DNA from: Paraspadella gotoi | Lineage: Eukaryota > Animalia > Chaetognatha | Reading direction: 5' to 3' | Length of the DNA stretch: 64,000 nt | Assembly (NCBI GenBank): GCA_051294375.1 | Contig: CM119267.1 | Location: 21,087,755-21,151,754 of the forward strand | In this document: in pieces, positions 59,956 to 64,000 of the stretch | Layout: every line of letters starts with the position of its first letter | Position numbering within the stretch: position 1 is the stretch's first letter | Program-made: the position numbers and the translations under genes | The notes under the pieces: model-generated | Database searches by the model: none | Seen by the model: only the letters and a program-made list of their open reading frames with translations | Told to the model about the DNA's origin: nothing

Positions 59956-61529
59956 TAAATGTTTAATGTTTAACATGGTAAAAAATAAAAATCTAATTTT
60001 AATCTAATAGTTTTCATAATATTTAAAAATATCAGAATATGGGAAATAAATATATTTATTAATTTTAAGACCTACAAAAATGACAGACGGCGAAAAAATT
60101 GAATAACACGATTAGTGGAAAAATAGGCTGAATGAAAAATGCGACTATAGACTATCCTATTAGCGAAAATAAATATTGTTTATAATATAGATAAAAAAGT
60201 TTGCTATCTATTTATTTCACTTTGATTGTGATGTTGACTAATACAAACTATGGATCAGTAAAAATACAACATACGATCAGTAAAAGCTGACAGTTTGTTG
60301 ATGTAGCACACAACCACGAATAGAAGTCAACGAAGCTAAGCAATTTCCAGAATCCTTGAATCATGACACCGGACTTGGGCAAACTAGCGAGTCTTTCTGA
60401 AAATAGATATAATGAATGAAAATAAAATTTAAATTTTTTTTTTACAATAAATTCTCCAGTTAGGTCTTTTATCAAATTTTTAATATTTTAAAAAATAAAA
60501 AGAGTAAAGAGGGGCGGGGGAAAGGAGGGAAGGATATAGAAGAAATATTTGCCCCTTTTTATGGCCTCTTAAACCCGCGTTTGGTGGCCAACATTGGATA
60601 ATGGGGTTAGGAAGATTGCAGAGTGAGGGAGAGGAGAGAGTGGAACCAATTCTCTCTCTCTCTCTCTCTCTNNNNNNNNNNCTCTCTCTCTCTCTTTCTG
60701 TCTTTCTCTTTACTCCCCTATGAACCCATTCCTTGTGCATGAGGGGGAGAGAGAAAGAAAGAAAAAGAGTAAAGAGAATGAGAGAGAGAGAGAAAGAAAG
60801 TGTGCGTGGGATGAAGAGGGCCAAAAGGTGCCACCGCTGCCATCTTGTCAAAGAAACCTGTCACGATGAAAATCTCTCTTGGCGTCTCCGGGCCAACCGT
60901 CGTATTATTGGTTTCAAAAGGGCGCGCCCTCTGTTTTTCGACTCCCAAAGTCTTTTGTTTTTTTGTGGTGATTTTGAATCTTGTTTCCCTTTTGAATTTG
61001 TTCTTTTTTTTTCATCATTGTAATATTAATTCTCTTCTAGACTTCTAGCACTGTAATATGCGAGTATAAAAGCATTTTTCTCTTTGGTTGGTTGCGGGAA
61101 ATGTGTTCCCTGGATTCTCTAGCCCTATTCGATATGCAAATTGTCTATAAAGCGTGCCCACGAGAAGAGAAAGAAAGAGAGAGAAGAGAGAAGAAGAGAG
61201 AAGAGAAGAACCAAGAGAGAGAAGGAAGAGAGAGAGAAGAGAAAGGAGAGAGAAGAGGAGAGAGAGAGAGTATAGGTGAGTGACAGCGACGCCATCATTC
61301 AGGTAATGAGGTTTCAAGTTTGTCATGGCGTCGGCCGAAGGAGAGTGAAGAGAAGAAAGGTGATGAGAATTTAAGGAAAGAGAATTAAAGGGAAAGAAAG
61401 AGGAACTGCGAAAAGTGGAAAGAAAGAATAAAGAAAGAGAGAAGATGGAAAAGAAAGAGAAATTGAACAAGGCTTTGGAAAAATTATTAGAGCAAAAAGT
61501 AGGAAACGAAAGGAGAAAAGAAAAGAGAG

Positions 61530-61575
<46 letters not shown>

Positions 61576-63484
61576 AACGAGTGATTGATGAAGAGATCAT
61601 CTCGCGGGAGAGCTAATTTGCATGAGGTTGGCGAGGGCAAGGGAAGCCTCAGGGTTGCTTCAAGCGGGAGATGGAGGTAAGGAGAAGGTGCAGCTGGGTT
61701 GATGTGGTTTAAAAGGGAAAGGAGAGGTAAGTTTGACAGGAGTTGGTAAGGTTATAAGGTTTACCGGACGGAAGAGTGGATTGGAAAGGTTGGATGAAGA
61801 GCAGATTCTACATACATCGTTCGAACGTTAAATTAAAGGAAAATTAACAAAAAAAAAACTACTTTGTATATAGTACTCTTCTCTTGCTCGCAATTCTCAC
61901 GCCCGAGAAAATTCACGCTATTTTCGATGTCGCCCTCGATACTCCATTGGCCTCCATGGATCGTGAAGCCGTGAGGATCGGGCTAATGGCTCGATGGTCC
62001 TCACGGAAGAAGTGATGAGGGTGAGAGACGGCTCGCGTGCGAAAAAATGTGGCGAAAGCATTTGCCACGCGATCTCGGGGAAAAGATCAACGGGCAGGAA
62101 AATGATCCAAGATGTCGCTCGACTGTCGTGAGAGGGACGATGATGGGTATCGCAAGACGGGGCTATTTGCAACGCAAGAATGTGGCGAAAAGAATGAAGA
62201 TTGTTTGGACAACAAGTTGGGTTGCTCATAGTATTGTATTTGGGCTTAAGTGATTAGGGTTAGGGATTTTGGTTAGGAATAGGTGATACTTCGCATGGTA
62301 TAACAGATTATAGTTACTTATTATTAGGAGTCTATCGTCGTTCTTAGAAATCGAGGAAGACTTTTTTCAATGGAGATTTTTGTTAAAATCTGACTACCAA
62401 ATAATGTCAACGCCCCTGGGAAAAATTCAGGTAAAAAATAGATGTAAAAACACTCGATTCCGATCCTGTTGCATCTGAAGGGCTCGCATTTTTTTTTCTC
62501 TTGACAAATAACCATCATTTTGACATCGAACCCATTCGATTCAAATGGACTGGTCCGCTCGGGAAAATATTTTTTGATGCAATTTTATATATAAAATAAA
62601 GGGATTTCTCAAACTTCAATACAATGTCAACGCATTTTAAGGTATGTTGTCTTTTACAATAAACTTCGAATTCAGGAATCTGATAGCAATATGGTCTGAA
62701 GGGCTCTCAACAATTTTTTCTTTACATTTCATTTGGTTATTGAATATGATACGATCATGTTAAAGTGAATTAGTCCCATTTTGGTGAAATTTTTATTTAA
62801 AGTAAAGTAAAAGAGGAGCTAACGATCGGAATTCTAAGAGTTTTCAACCGGAGTCAGATTCTGAAAAAATCTTATATGGCGAAAAATCTTCCAAAGAAGG
62901 GGATGGATTTTCCGAAGATTTTGGTTAATATTTTCTATATTATGGTCGGATTTTTTTGAAACTTAAAAATAGCAATATTGCCATCATTCTACATTGGCGG
63001 TCAAAGAATATATTAAAAAACCTCTGACTTTTTTTGTCAGAGCTTAGTCCTACTTATTACGGTTGAATTTAGATTAGATTTTAGATTTTTGAAAAAGAGC
63101 TCGACATTCACAGGACTTTCTCTATGTTTGTTTTAGTGTTGATGTTTACGGTCGAATGCGTTGGCCTGATGTCAGAATCAATCGGGTGACGTTTCATTGT
63201 GATCGCTTTTGTGAGATCTTCGTCGTCAATTTTCGATCGCTTGTTATTTCGGCAAATGATCAACTCTTCACTCGAGATTGTGAAAGCTTCATCTTCCGGC
63301 GAGGGGGCGCGTTCATCTAGCGGCGCCAACTCGTCAACACGCTTCATCGCGCCCCGCCCGGCCTCCAACCGGCAAACCCCCCTCCCGCCACCACGCCCCC
63401 CCCCTCTCTCCTCAGGAAGAGACCCGCGCTTAACCGCCGACGCCTCGAATTCCTCGGAGAGTTTCGCGCATCGTTTCTCGATCG

Positions 63485-63536
<52 letters not shown>

Positions 63537-63538
63537 AA

Positions 63539-63585
<47 letters not shown>

Positions 63586-63775
63586 AGATAAAGATGAGAT
63601 GGCGAACGAGAGAACAAGAAGTGAGCGGAGAAGAGCAAGCGAGTGGAAAGAAAAAAGCTACTTCGAGAAGGTAAGTTCGATTCGTGCGGAAGAAGTGTAA
63701 TGGCGCGAAAGAAACAACCAATTTGATGAGGACAGCGCGGGATTTATCATNNNNNNNNNNNNNNNNNNNNNNNNN

Positions 63776-64000
63776 AGAGAGAGAGAGAGAGAGAGAATAT
63801 AGGTGAGTGACAGCGACGCCATCATTCAGGTTAATGAGGTTTCAAGTTTGTCATGGCGTCGGCCGAAGGAGAGTGAAGAGAAGAAAGGTGAGAGGAATTA
63901 AGGAAAGAGAATTAAAGGAAAGAAAGAGGACGGAAAGATGGAAAGAAAGAATGAAAGAAAGAGAGAAAGATGGAAAAGAAAGAGAAATTGAAACAAAGGT
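63776..64000. repeat. Direct duplicate of about 61255-61472 next to an N-gap
   Basis: Shared tataggtgagtgacagcgacgccatcattcagg...gtcatggcgtcggccgaaggagagtgaagagaagaaagg. Confidence 0.85.

Larger units (their letters stand above)
49570..60500. repeat. About 11 kb inverted, indel-rich copy of about 37150-49077
   Basis: Reverse-complement colinearity throughout (fucosyltransferase, astacin, last MCT exon, intergenic DNA) with dense 1-2 bp indels. Confidence 0.92.

Noticed and set aside
60718-63638. GC-rich islands and ORFs near the right end (e.g. 61918-62229, 63108-63490)
   Set aside because: May be exons, but strand is ambiguous and I recognise no motif or phase-consistent splice chain.

Overview
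Eukaryotic (invertebrate-type metazoan) genomic DNA: AT-rich, intron-rich, full of (AG)n and (GAC)n microsatellites, with six N-gaps. Most long ORFs in the supplied track are spurious. By manual splicing I reconstruct seven genes: (1) a signal-peptide + SUEL lectin + 2 Ig-like domain gene running off the left edge (-); (2,3) two tandem coiled-coil/C-terminal RING-HC paralogues (-); (4) a very divergent innexin (-) with one in-frame TGA at about the position of a conserved extracellular Cys; (5) an SLC16/MCT transporter (+); (6) an astacin metalloprotease (-) whose first two introns appear to use GC and GA donors; (7) an alpha-1,3-fucosyltransferase (-). The best non-coding signal is three dispersed minimal type-I hammerhead ribozyme motifs, each followed closely by a poly(A)-type hexamer (Penelope/retrozyme-like). 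About 49.6-60.5 kb is an indel-riddled inverted copy of about 37.1-49.1 kb and is most likely an assembly artefact. All exon coordinates were read by eye and need RNA-seq confirmation.
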